Positions 46,889 to 56,153 of a DNA stretch of 57,457 nt are shown piece after piece. The position numbers and the translations under genes are program-made. Source of the stretch: an uncultured virus (IMG/VR IMGVR_UViG_3300024264_000009) (Duplodnaviria > Heunggongvirae > Uroviricota > Caudoviricetes); IMG/VR virus record IMGVR_UViG_3300024264_000009, one strand, 5' to 3'. Within the stretch, counting starts at the first letter, position 1, and the number at the start of each line of letters is the position of its first letter. The notes below the pieces were generated by a model, which saw only the letters and a program-made list of their open reading frames with translations, was not told the DNA's origin and ran no database searches.

Positions 46889-48386
46889 CGTCTTCTCCTT
46901 TCACTGTTTCAGTTGCACTGACAAATTCATCAGTTTCTTGTAAAGACTCGATTAGACTTTCTGTTTGAGTTGCAATACTTTCAATCATTGCATCTTTAGT
47001 ATCAGTTGTTGACACTTCAAAGTTTAGACCTTCTGCAACTTCTTTAATCTTAGATTTAGTCATTCCCTTTAGTTCGTCTGCACTAGGGATAACTAACTCT
47101 TCAAACTCTTCTTCAACTTCTTGTTCTTTTGCAGCGTCAATTTTTGCTTGAACTGACTTAATCATTTCTTCTTCAGAAGAGTAAGTGTTAATTTTCTGTT
47201 CTTTTGAAATAGGTGCTTCTATACTATCACCAGTTTTCAATGTCTTCTTACCAACGTTAGTATTTGTAATAGGGACTGCACCAGTTGTTGCTGGTTTAGC
47301 ATAAGTAGGTTCTGTTGTAGTGTCTTCTTCTGCAACCTTTATATCAGGCATTGTGTCTTCACCACTTGACCATGCACCACTGTAAATTTCTTTACCTTCT
47401 TGTTCTGCAGTGTCTTCAAATGATTGATTGAATTGTTCTTCGTCAATGTCGTCTATCTCTGCTTCTTGTTTAACTGTTTCTACTTCTTCTAAGAATGCTT
47501 CAATACCTTTTGCATCTTCGGGAACTGGTAATTCGATTGTAATAGATTCTTCTATTGGTAAATCAAATCCGTCTTCTTCTGTTTCATCACTTCCGAATAA
47601 CATTTCTTCTTGGGGAACTTCTGTTTCTGTTTGTTCTTCCCAAGTGTTAACTGAGTCTTTTGCTTCTGCTACGTAATTATTAAAACCTTCGTCTTCTGAT
47701 ATAGGTGCAACTGAAACGTTAGTCACTGGTGGTTGAGTGTTTGACTCACCTTCGGGATTAAGAAGTCTTGCCATTTCAAATGCTTTAGAAGTCTTCTTAG
47801 GTGCTTCAGTCCTAGTTCCCTTTTGAATTGTTTGAGGTGGAATTGTGACTCCATGGTCTGCAGCGAGTGTTGCAGCTTCTTCTTTAGTAAGTTCTACAAA
47901 TCCGTCTGCATTTAAGTCACCTGCTTTAACACCAATTACTCCGTCACCATTTAAGTCAACATTAACTCCATGTGACGCAAGGATTGCTTCTAGTTGTGCA
48001 ACTTTAATCTCTTCTGCTTTTCTTAGTTTACGTTGGTCTCTAATTTTGTCAACTAATTCTGCTTTCTCTTTTTCGATTGCTTCTGCTTTTGCAATTCTAT
48101 CTGATTCAAGCAATGAATTCAATTGTCTTTGTGCAGTCTCAACTGCAAGATTGTAATCGGTTAGACCTTTGTTGATTTCGTTTCTTACTCCAATCACTGC
48201 ATCAAGTTCGTCTATCTTAATTTGACCACTCTTCAAATGTAATTGTAGTAGTGTAGATATTGCTTGTGCAGAACTAGGTGCAATTGCAATCTTGTAATTT
48301 GCAATACGTTGCTGAACTCGTTCCAGTTCAGTTGGTTCTGTAGGTGCTTGCTGTGAGGCAAACGTTGGGTTCACATTGTTGTCCAT
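46857..48386 (-). CDS. Large acidic protein: coiled coil, EF-hand-like loops, disordered linker, Rho-N/HeH-like C-terminal domain
   Basis: DLNGDGVI and DLNADGFV loops; ELKGMTKSKIKEVA..L...TKDAMIESI. Confidence 0.75.
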   Translation of the reverse strand: MDNNVNPTFASQQAPTEPTELERVQQRIANYKIAIAPSSAQAISTLLQLHLKSGQIKIDELDAVIGVRNEINKGLTDYNLAVETAQRQLNSLLESDRIAKAEAIEKEKAELVDKIRDQRKLRKAEEIKVAQLEAILASHGVNVDLNGDGVIGVKAGDLNADGFVELTKEEAATLAADHGVTIPPQTIQKGTRTEAPKKTSKAFEMARLLNPEGESNTQPPVTNVSVAPISEDEGFNNYVAEAKDSVNTWEEQTETEVPQEEMLFGSDETEEDGFDLPIEESITIELPVPEDAKGIEAFLEEVETVKQEAEIDDIDEEQFNQSFEDTAEQEGKEIYSGAWSSGEDTMPDIKVAEEDTTTEPTYAKPATTGAVPITNTNVGKKTLKTGDSIEAPISKEQKINTYSSEEEMIKSVQAKIDAAKEQEVEEEFEELVIPSADELKGMTKSKIKEVAEGLNFEVSTTDTKDAMIESIATQTESLIESLQETDEFVSATETVKGEDDDDRRDGGYF

Positions 48387-48491
48387 TAATTATACTCCAT
48401 GGAGTCCTACTCGACTAGAAGTTTACACATAGAAGTTAATATTAAACTTCCTTTTATTTTATGTATAGTCTCTGAGGACATTAATATTTAT

Positions 48492-49010
48492 TTATTTTAT
48501 AACTTCGGGGAAGGCTTTTTGTGCAACATTTTTAGTAATGTTCTTAAATGGCCATACTCCGTCTTTTACCAATTCCATTAACTCTGCTTCTTTAGAAGGT
48601 ATTCCTTCTAACAGTTGAATCCACATTGTCTCTCTACGATTTTGTGAAACCTCTTCTGTGCAAAAGTATTTGAATAGTCTTGTTTCAAATCTTAGACTTG
48701 TTGGTGCAAGGTCTGTAGCTGGTGCATCATCTTGATTGTAAGGTGTCTTACCTTCGGGTAGTGTTGACACAATGTTGTCGTCAAATACCCATTGTAATAT
48801 ATATCTCACTGCACCATTTCTTTCTCCGAAAACTCTGAGACCTTGTGCAGCTAAATCTTCAGATTCTTTTGCAACTAATTCTGCTTGACATAATATTTCA
48901 TACACGTCTGCATCTTTAGGTAATTCAGTTCTCTTTGTAATGAGTTCTAGTTTTGGTTTATTGGGAGCACCTTTTGGTCTACCCCTTCCTTTTTTTGTTG
49001 TTTCCGTCAT
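48492..49010 (-). CDS. Conserved T4-like hypothetical protein with an AT-hook-like N-terminus
   Basis: KKGRGRPKGAPNK; LPEGKTPY; RRETMWIQLLEGI...EAEL; next to rnh. Confidence 0.8.
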   Translation of the reverse strand: MTETTKKGRGRPKGAPNKPKLELITKRTELPKDADVYEILCQAELVAKESEDLAAQGLRVFGERNGAVRYILQWVFDDNIVSTLPEGKTPYNQDDAPATDLAPTSLRFETRLFKYFCTEEVSQNRRETMWIQLLEGIPSKEAELMELVKDGVWPFKNITKNVAQKAFPEVIK

Positions 49011-49843
49011 AACGAAAAATCTCCTATGTTATCTAACAACTCATTTAATCTATGAGTTCTTAGGTAGTCAAAAACTTTACCTCTTATAGGTGCAGTCTTT
49101 TCAAATTCACTTAAAATGCTATCTTCCACATTTGGTGGAATGAAATCAAAATCAATAAGTGTTTGATTTCTTAAATAGTTCCTATAGTATTTATCGTCAT
49201 TTTCAATCGATATTCTGAGATACTTATCTTTGATTGGTTTACGTAATGGTGTCTGTCTGATTCCCTCTACCATACAATCATCACTTGAGAGTATGTTAGG
49301 GATTCCGTCTGACTTATCACCCGTTAATATATGTTCTTTTAAAAAGAGTTGTGGGTTAACACAATCGATAAACTTGTTTAGATTAGGACTCCACTGTCTC
49401 ACATCATCATATGCATGTAATTGTTGGAAGTCTTTATCACCACTCACAATGAGAACGGGTTCCTTTGCATGTTTAACTAACACTGCAATGATATCGTCTG
49501 CTTCACACTTCTCAACATACATGTATCTGTATGGAAAGTTATCTCTAAGTTCGTCTTTGATTACTTGTAGTGTGTCAAAGATTGTTCCCCAATCCTTATC
49601 ATCTGCATCACGAGCTTTCTTTCTGTTTGCTTTATACTGAGGATAGTATTCTCTCCTCCATGGATTACCTGCGTCTGTGCAAAGAACTATTTCTCCATAG
49701 TCTCTTGCATATTTCTTTTGATAATTCCGAATGGAATTAATTATCATAGGTCTAAGTTTGTCTTCACTTAGTTGTCCGTCATTCAACTTGAGTTGAACCA
49801 TCAAACCAGCAATTATGGTTTGAGTAAAATCTATAAGTATCAT
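49007..49843 (-). CDS. rnh: T4-type RNase H (5'-3' exonuclease)
   Basis: MILIDF.Q; WRREYYPQYKANR; EADDII; SGDKDFQQL; GDKSDGIPNILS. Confidence 0.95.
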   Translation of the reverse strand: MILIDFTQTIIAGLMVQLKLNDGQLSEDKLRPMIINSIRNYQKKYARDYGEIVLCTDAGNPWRREYYPQYKANRKKARDADDKDWGTIFDTLQVIKDELRDNFPYRYMYVEKCEADDIIAVLVKHAKEPVLIVSGDKDFQQLHAYDDVRQWSPNLNKFIDCVNPQLFLKEHILTGDKSDGIPNILSSDDCMVEGIRQTPLRKPIKDKYLRISIENDDKYYRNYLRNQTLIDFDFIPPNVEDSILSEFEKTAPIRGKVFDYLRTHRLNELLDNIGDFSL

Positions 49844-50553
49844 TTAATCACTTTTATCAATAATGTATTTTTGGTCAATAAATCGTTTCCGTCTTTTAGT
49901 TTAGAACGAGGTATCTCGTCTATAAAATTCTTTGCAATAATATTACCACCTTTATATATTCTATCAAGCAACTTCATATCTGTCAAGGTCTTTTCTTGAC
50001 ATGAATTGTAATCAACTATTCTTGACCCTTTAACTGATAGACCACCATAGGTTTCAAACTTGGTGAACTTCTTACTTGCAATATTATAAGTGAACAAATA
50101 TGTTGCACGAATAATTTCTTCGGGGTCAATCGAGTGATACTTTCCATGTTGTTTTAGAAACGGAAGTTTACTGACTAACTGTTTTGGTGATTTAGGTTTA
50201 CGTGGTTTCTTAATAGGTTTGTATTCAGAGACATATTTGTCTATGTCTTTTTCAAACAACTCTAATTGTTTAATGATTTTTACTTTCTGTTTAGGTGTTA
50301 AAAAGTTATAAGCTTCTTCTAACTGTTCACATGATTCTTCGTTTTTAATCTCATACACGATATCCTGTGTGAACCCTTTCATAAACTTGACTACCTTTCC
50401 ACTGTATTCAAGTTTTGTTAAATAGTTATACATTGAAAAAGAAGTTTTCTTCTTATCCATAAGTTTATCTATTTGTGATTCTACTTCGTCCAAGGCACGT
50501 TCTGCCTTTATCTGCATTCGTTCTTGGATAGTTGGTTTTGTTTCAATACTCAT
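49840..50553 (-). CDS. Conserved hypothetical T4-like protein
   Basis: SIDPEEII.A..L..YN..; GLSVKGS; behind an early promoter. Confidence 0.75.
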   Translation of the reverse strand: MSIETKPTIQERMQIKAERALDEVESQIDKLMDKKKTSFSMYNYLTKLEYSGKVVKFMKGFTQDIVYEIKNEESCEQLEEAYNFLTPKQKVKIIKQLELFEKDIDKYVSEYKPIKKPRKPKSPKQLVSKLPFLKQHGKYHSIDPEEIIRATYLFTYNIASKKFTKFETYGGLSVKGSRIVDYNSCQEKTLTDMKLLDRIYKGGNIIAKNFIDEIPRSKLKDGNDLLTKNTLLIKVIK

Positions 50554-50559
50554 AAAATA

Positions 50560-50589
50560 ATTATAACAAAAAGTTTAAGTCATTGTCAA
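50560..50589 (-). promoter_or_regulatory. Early promoter TTGACA-18-TATAAT
   Basis: TTGACAATGACTTAAACTTTTTGTTATAAT. Confidence 0.85.
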
Positions 50590-50590
50590 G

Positions 50591-52018
50591 TTAGTTTTCT
50601 TCTGCAGTATCGTGTTTGTTGGTCAATAGGAATTTCCTAGACGGGTTAATCATTAAGTTTGCACGATTCATAAAATCTCTATTTGCAAGAAAAGGGATTT
50701 TACCTCTTTGGTCTAAACTGACTTCTTGTTCATATATAGTATTTAAGAAGTTTAACTCACACTTAACCACTGGTCGAGTTTCAGCAGGTTTGAGTAATGT
50801 AATTTTTCTGACCAAAGGTTTTTTAAATTTCTTACCATTACGTGTGAAGTGAACAACCTTACCTTTAATCTCATAAGAGTCTGCGTGAAGGGCACAAGCA
50901 GCTGCACTGTTCCCAGTGTCTAGCTTTGCAGTCATCGTCTCACCATCGACCTCTATGGTCTCGAGAACACCACATTCAGTTGCACTCTTCTTCCATATGT
51001 TTCTGTCCATGTAGTCTTCTATAATTGTTTCACAAACTTCTTTACCAATCGCATCAGAGATTCCTTGTGAACCTGGCGACTGATTGACTTCTAACATATA
51101 AGGTGAATCTTTTTCTCTGTCTTTCGCAGGAATAAAGTCAACACCAACCCATTGTCCGTTTACTGCTTTTGCAGCGATAAGACAAGTTTCTTTTTCTAGT
51201 TCTGTTAATTCAATCTCTTCTGCTTCTGCACCTTGTGAAATGTTAGAACGGAAATCATCAATAATTTTATTCCTTCTCATTGAACCTATGATTCGTTTGT
51301 TATTAATCATAACACGAACATCATATTCCATTTCAATATACTCTTGAATTAGGATATCACAATTAGGGTCAATCTTATACACTAGACTCACTGTAGACTG
51401 CAGAGAACGTTCCGTTTCAACAAGTAATACACCAACCCCCTTTGCACCTTGAAGTGTCTTTAGAACCATTGGGAATTTGTTTCCTAGTCTTTTTGCAGCT
51501 AAGTCTACAGTCTCAGAATCCTCGTTTGGAATCAAAACTGTTTTCGGTTGGTTCATTCCGATTTCTTGTAGTCGTAAATAAGTTCTAAACTTATCTGCAC
51601 ACACTTCGATACACTCCCTTGAATTAACTACAGGGAATCCGTATCTTTCTATCTGACTGATTAAATCTAAGTAGGAATCTTTTGCTGTGACAGCACCACG
51701 AACCATAACAATGGTATCTGCATCTAACTCAAATCCTTTTTCGTCATCTTGGTTATGAATGGTAATGACTCCGTTATCGGCACGTTCAATGTATGCACCA
51801 TTCACTTTAACACTATACACTTCACAACCATTCTCTTTTGCAATGTTGTAAAGTTTACTGGAAGTCGAACTGGGTTTTTTTACTACAGGTTTATCTGCAT
51901 TCTTCTTTGCCCTCTTGACCATGCGACGTTCTGCAATGATTACAAGTCGATATGGTTTATCATTACTTTTTTCCTCAGTAATGAGTTCGTTGAAAGATAA
52001 CAAGTTTTTATTCCTCAT
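50591..52018 (-). CDS. rimK: RimK-family ATP-grasp glutamate ligase fused to a C-terminal retropepsin-like (RimB-type) protease
   Basis: DKFRT; FPMVLKTLQGAKGVGV; IQEYI; DVRV; DFRSNISQG; LEVNQSPG; C-term AKLDTGN...RPVV...EVSLDQR. Confidence 0.88.
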   Translation of the reverse strand: MRNKNLLSFNELITEEKSNDKPYRLVIIAERRMVKRAKKNADKPVVKKPSSTSSKLYNIAKENGCEVYSVKVNGAYIERADNGVITIHNQDDEKGFELDADTIVMVRGAVTAKDSYLDLISQIERYGFPVVNSRECIEVCADKFRTYLRLQEIGMNQPKTVLIPNEDSETVDLAAKRLGNKFPMVLKTLQGAKGVGVLLVETERSLQSTVSLVYKIDPNCDILIQEYIEMEYDVRVMINNKRIIGSMRRNKIIDDFRSNISQGAEAEEIELTELEKETCLIAAKAVNGQWVGVDFIPAKDREKDSPYMLEVNQSPGSQGISDAIGKEVCETIIEDYMDRNIWKKSATECGVLETIEVDGETMTAKLDTGNSAAACALHADSYEIKGKVVHFTRNGKKFKKPLVRKITLLKPAETRPVVKCELNFLNTIYEQEVSLDQRGKIPFLANRDFMNRANLMINPSRKFLLTNKHDTAEEN

Positions 52019-52346
52019 GTTTAATTAATTGAACAAATTTTTCTGCGTCAATCACCACTAATGGTTTATGACGATTCCTTTTTATAACTACAAGGGGTTC
52101 ATACCCTTTGCAATTTTCAGAAGCTTGTTCGTATGCTTTCCATACGTTGACGGCTTCTTGATTCTTACATTCTATACTAAATGGAAAAACGTCTCGACTC
52201 TGTCTACCGAGTATAATGTCTTCCCCTTGTGAACCCATAGGTCTTGATTCTAAATCCTCTGAATCGAGTCCTAGTGTCTCTACAAGGACATTTGCAAACC
52301 ACTGTTGTAGTTTTCTTCCTTTAGCTTTTGCTGATGATGTTTTCAT
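52008..52346 (-). CDS. PD-(D/E)XK nuclease (Holliday-junction-resolvase-like)
   Basis: SAKAKGRKLQQW; MGSQGEDI; SIECKNQE; PLVVIKRN. Confidence 0.75.
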   Translation of the reverse strand: MKTSSAKAKGRKLQQWFANVLVETLGLDSEDLESRPMGSQGEDIILGRQSRDVFPFSIECKNQEAVNVWKAYEQASENCKGYEPLVVIKRNRHKPLVVIDAEKFVQLIKHEE

Positions 52347-52647
52347 TGAATTGCACACTCACTCCACAACCACATGCTGATTGTTCATTTGGATTTATGA
52401 ATTTAAAAAATTCATTTAATCCTTCTTTAATATAATCTAATGTCATTCCTTTTAAAAAGGGTTGACTGTTTTTATCTATAAGAAAAGAGAACTTACCATA
52501 GTCTATGACTTCGTCTCCCTCTTGATAATTGTCTTCTGCAAAAACATATTCGAAACCAGCACAACCACCACCAGTGACACCAAGTCTTACTGACTCAACT
52601 TTTCTCTCTAGTAGTTTTTGGATTGCAATGTCTGAAACCTCTATCAT
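52321..52647 (-). CDS. iscA: A-type Fe-S cluster carrier (IscA/HesB family)
   Basis: GGGCAGFEY; LDY..EGL...F.F.NPN....CGCGVS. Confidence 0.93.
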   Translation of the reverse strand: MIEVSDIAIQKLLERKVESVRLGVTGGGCAGFEYVFAEDNYQEGDEVIDYGKFSFLIDKNSQPFLKGMTLDYIKEGLNEFFKFINPNEQSACGCGVSVQFNENIISKS

Positions 52648-52652
52648 AGAGT

Positions 52653-52660
52653 TATTTATG
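52653..52660 (-). promoter_or_regulatory. Late promoter CATAAATA upstream of iscA
   Basis: Same 5-nt distance to the ATG as the promoters before gp25 and the 110-aa gene. Confidence 0.6.
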
Positions 52661-53275
52661 TTAATTGTCTTTCTTCTTAGGATAGTTCGTTCTTTTATCT
52701 GCAATTAATTCGTAAGGGATATGAATGTCTTGGTCTTCGGGAATATATAAATGATTAATCTCTGAACGATTACATGTAGAGATTGCGTCATAGATATTCT
52801 CAACCAATGATTCACCACCTAAGTTGAATGAAGTATTAAATATAATCGGTGTCCCTGTTAATTCACCAAACCCTTTAATTAAATTATAATAATTAGGATT
52901 CTGTTCTTCGGTCACTGTCTGTATACGACATGTTCCGTCTGCATGAACCAGTGAAGGAATCTCGTCATATGCTTTTTGTTTTGCTTGAATCGCAAAAGAC
53001 ATGTTCGGTGATTCTTTAAGTTGCAACATTTCGAAATACTCATGAGCTCTTTCTGCAAGGATTGAACCTGCGAAGGGACGATAGTCTTCACGTTTCTTAA
53101 CTTCGTTAACAATTTGTTTTGCGTGTGGGTGACGTGGGTCAAAGAGAATACTACGATTACCTAATGCACGAGGCCCCCACTCAGAAGAGTTCTGAAACAT
53201 TCCAACGATTTGTTTGTTCTCGATTATCTCTTCTAGAACGTCTTTTAAATTTCTATGTATCCGTGTTAGTAGCAT
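52661..53275 (-). CDS. Carbamoyltransferase (NodU/CmcH) C-terminal domain
   Basis: EWGPRALGNRSIL; KKREDYRPFA; HADGTCRIQTV; NTSFNLGGE; has its own GGAG SD. Confidence 0.93.
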   Translation of the reverse strand: MLLTRIHRNLKDVLEEIIENKQIVGMFQNSSEWGPRALGNRSILFDPRHPHAKQIVNEVKKREDYRPFAGSILAERAHEYFEMLQLKESPNMSFAIQAKQKAYDEIPSLVHADGTCRIQTVTEEQNPNYYNLIKGFGELTGTPIIFNTSFNLGGESLVENIYDAISTCNRSEINHLYIPEDQDIHIPYELIADKRTNYPKKKDN

Positions 53276-54476
53276 TATTCTCTTCTCCAGTTTTCATTAA
53301 ATATTCTAAGTGTATACAAGCACCAAAAGCAGTTCCTCCGTCATGCGGAATAGGGTCTACGTAAAATTGGTGTTCGGGGAAACGACTTAAATATTTGTAG
53401 TTGTTCGTGCAGTTGAGTGCGTATCCACCACTCAATACTATATTCTTACAGTCGACATTCATGTCGATTGCTTTTTGAATTGTTTTACAAGTCTCTTCAA
53501 ATGCATTGAGTTCTAACTCTTGTGATATGGAGAATTTATTAAAACGTTTATAATCTGAATCAACAATACCATAACTTGCCATACCCATGACCTTACCTGC
53601 GGCACGTCCTTGGTGGTCACAACCCAGTGCATGACTCATATTACTGAAGTCCATACCATTGGACGCACGTGACGTATACTCATAGATAACTCCGTCTTCA
53701 ATCTCTGTAAGGTTCTCACCCATGTAGTCAAGTGTTCCTTCCTGTTGATTCGGAAAGTTTGAACCTTTTAAATCACCAAGGAATCTATGATTACTTGATA
53801 AGACCCATTGACGTTTTGCTGGTTGGTTGGGTGACATTCTATAGATAGACTCAATCTCTTGATACCCCGCCATAGTGTCATAGTTCAACCTAGCACCACC
53901 TCCGTCCATGACGATTGCGATTGCGTCTTCTTGTTGTTCTATATACGGACTTAAGTGATAACCACAATATGCGTGATACATGTGGTGTTCAAACCAAAAA
54001 TAATAATCCTCTAAATCACCTTCGAACTGTGCTGCGAACCCGTCATGAATATATTCCTCTATGTGTTCACCACCATAACCGATTCCGTCAACGACACCAA
54101 ACTCACCAAACTTCTCACAAAAGTCTTCTAACCTTTGATTGGTCATAGGTTCACTACGAACATAGTCTGCAACTTCAATAGACAACATTCTGTCTTCCAT
54201 TAATTTCTGATTGTTTATTTTAAGTTCGACATTACGTCTGTCAAAACTTGCCATGACCAGTTTATCGGGTGTCTCTACACCACCTTTGTGAATACACTGG
54301 AGTTGGTCGGGGTAGGTTGTCTCAAAACCCTCGTCACCTTGTTGCACTGCGGTTGGTGTCCAGTATTTTTCACGTCTGAAACGTTCTTCTTCGTGCATGA
54401 ATTCTAAAATACCAGTCTCAGTATCGTATTGACACAAGGAAGTGTCGTGGCTTGAATTAATTCCAATGATTTTCAT
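53253..54476 (-). CDS. Carbamoyltransferase (NodU/CmcH) N-terminal Kae1-like domain
   Basis: GINSSHD; EERFRREK; HHMYHA; DGGG; GKVMGMASYG; LSGGYALNC..N; DGGTAFGA. Confidence 0.92.
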   Translation of the reverse strand: MKIIGINSSHDTSLCQYDTETGILEFMHEEERFRREKYWTPTAVQQGDEGFETTYPDQLQCIHKGGVETPDKLVMASFDRRNVELKINNQKLMEDRMLSIEVADYVRSEPMTNQRLEDFCEKFGEFGVVDGIGYGGEHIEEYIHDGFAAQFEGDLEDYYFWFEHHMYHAYCGYHLSPYIEQQEDAIAIVMDGGGARLNYDTMAGYQEIESIYRMSPNQPAKRQWVLSSNHRFLGDLKGSNFPNQQEGTLDYMGENLTEIEDGVIYEYTSRASNGMDFSNMSHALGCDHQGRAAGKVMGMASYGIVDSDYKRFNKFSISQELELNAFEETCKTIQKAIDMNVDCKNIVLSGGYALNCTNNYKYLSRFPEHQFYVDPIPHDGGTAFGACIHLEYLMKTGEENNATNTDT

Positions 54477-54491
54477 AATATATTCCGTTGT

Positions 54492-54680
54492 TTAAGATTC
54501 TGTTTTCTTTTTTTGTGCAATTTTCTCTTTGATTGCAGCGTTAACCTCTTGTAGGTCAATAATTTCGTGGGTGAGTTCTTCGAATAAACGTCTTTTCCCT
54601 TCTTTAAATCCTGAGCGGTAAGAAAAAAAGACACATGCACCAATAAAGACCAAGTGTATGAGTAATAAATCCGTTTCCAT
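54492..54680 (-). CDS. Small single-TM protein
   Basis: N-terminal hydrophobic helix followed by a coiled coil. Confidence 0.65.
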   Translation of the reverse strand: METDLLLIHLVFIGACVFFSYRSGFKEGKRRLFEELTHEIIDLQEVNAAIKEKIAQKKKTES

Positions 54681-54868
54681 TATACTATATAGTCCTCGGG
54701 TTTATCTTCTTTCTTGATTTGGTTCCTTTGTTTGAGTTTACCCAGTGTCCATTCGGTGCAATCGTGTTTCTTCCACTGGTAATGAAGTGAAAAAAATAAT
54801 AATCCCCAAAAAAGAAATGAAAATATATATTTAAAAGTTGTCCAAGGTAATAATATTAATTCGTTCAT
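54680..54868 (-). CDS. Small membrane protein
   Basis: Hydrophobic FKYIFSFLFWGLLFFSL; coupled starts and stops. Confidence 0.65.
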   Translation of the reverse strand: MNELILLPWTTFKYIFSFLFWGLLFFSLHYQWKKHDCTEWTLGKLKQRNQIKKEDKPEDYIV

Positions 54869-55161
54869 ACGATTGTTCCAAATAAAGTTCTTAATAACAG
54901 TGCAACACCGACCCCGTTTAATAGTATGAGTGCTCTATCTTTCCATAGGACACCTACTATACACCAACCCGTGACACCAATCAACGAGAAACAGAGGTCT
55001 ATAAATTGTAAACCCTCAATACCTCGCATACTCATAGAGATTAATATAAAGAAACTTGCAACCCATTTCACATACCAATCTAATGTATATTTAGGGGTTG
55101 CAGATTTAAATATTCTATTACTATTCTCTAATTCTTTTTTATCAAACACTTCTTTAACCAT
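54865..55161 (-). CDS. Small 3-TM membrane protein
   Basis: DWYVKW.AS...G..GW..VG.LWKDRALI.LN. Confidence 0.75.
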   Translation of the reverse strand: MVKEVFDKKELENSNRIFKSATPKYTLDWYVKWVASFFILISMSMRGIEGLQFIDLCFSLIGVTGWCIVGVLWKDRALILLNGVGVALLLRTLFGTIV

Positions 55162-56008
55162 TATAACCTTTCCTTAATTTATTTGTATTACCGATAATCC
55201 AATAACACTCCGTATTATCTTTTTTCCAATCCACCATATCGAACGCCTTAGACTCGTATATCATATCCAATTCGATAGACCCCACATTACGAGGGTGGAG
55301 TTTTGCATAAGGATAAGCACCTTTACGAAACTCATAGTCGTATTCAAATTGCATACCCTCACAAATCCCTGTCACTGTCCCTACTCTGTCATAACCAAAG
55401 GGTTGGAGTCCTACTATCTCATATGACCCACCATACTTCCTACGACCTTCTAAGACACCTGCTAAGGTGACACCCGACCCGACTGGAACATACAAGACAC
55501 GGATATTCGGGGGTATGTTCTGCACCTGTTCAGAGATACGTTCAACAATACTCTCTCGGTGGGTCTGAGCTGCATACCCAAAGAGTATAGGAAAGAAAGG
55601 TCGTGTCTGTTGTAATTTATTCAGGTTCGAATATAACACATTATTAAACCCTTGTGACTCTGATAAGACTACGAGTTCTGCACCTAACTCATGACACCAC
55701 TGCATGGGTATCTGTTTCAAAGACTTCTCAACAGTGGTATTCCCAAACCCTATAATACAGTTCAAGTCAAACTCCTTCGCTACCCTTGCAACAATAGGAC
55801 TTTGTGGTGAATGAATACTCGCTGCGGTCGCAATGGTAGACCCACATGACTCCCGAATATAATCTAAGTTCCGTTCAACAAGGTCTCTACACTGTCTGAT
55901 TTTACCACCCGATATGAAGTCTTCACCATAGGGTGCATATAAGTCCTCACGTTTAAAGTGTATATTATCTTCACAATGTATAGGGGTATATTCTATCTTA
56001 TTCATCAA
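55154..56008 (-). CDS. PLP-dependent enzyme, fold type II (ACC deaminase/D-cysteine desulfhydrase-like)
   Basis: TPI...KREDL; GGKIRQC; SPQ; VPVGSGVT; LD.IYESK; WIIG. Confidence 0.85.
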   Translation of the reverse strand: MMNKIEYTPIHCEDNIHFKREDLYAPYGEDFISGGKIRQCRDLVERNLDYIRESCGSTIATAASIHSPQSPIVARVAKEFDLNCIIGFGNTTVEKSLKQIPMQWCHELGAELVVLSESQGFNNVLYSNLNKLQQTRPFFPILFGYAAQTHRESIVERISEQVQNIPPNIRVLYVPVGSGVTLAGVLEGRRKYGGSYEIVGLQPFGYDRVGTVTGICEGMQFEYDYEFRKGAYPYAKLHPRNVGSIELDMIYESKAFDMVDWKKDNTECYWIIGNTNKLRKGYNG

Positions 56009-56153
56009 AGTATCTAGTAGGTGGGTGTATAGTTATTCCCATACGTCTTAATAGGTTTATCTGTTCTTGGAGTTTCTCAATAGAGTCTTGTTGTTTGCTC
56101 ACCAGTTCAGTGAGTTCTTTAATTAAATTGATTGCAACCTCTATTCTACTCAT
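55998..56153 (-). CDS. Small coiled-coil protein
   Basis: MSRIEVAINLIKELTELVSKQQDSIEKLQEQINLL. Confidence 0.6.
   Translation of the reverse strand: MSRIEVAINLIKELTELVSKQQDSIEKLQEQINLLRRMGITIHPPTRYFDE

Noticed and set aside
52008..52018. C-terminal Glu-Glu of the nuclease as a RimK substrate
   Set aside because: The EE codons overlap the rimK start (ATGAGGAATAA), so they may be a by-product of the overlap.
53253..53275. Carbamoyltransferase as a frameshifted pseudogene
   Set aside because: The break falls at the domain boundary, the second half has its own SD and ATG, and the motifs are intact.
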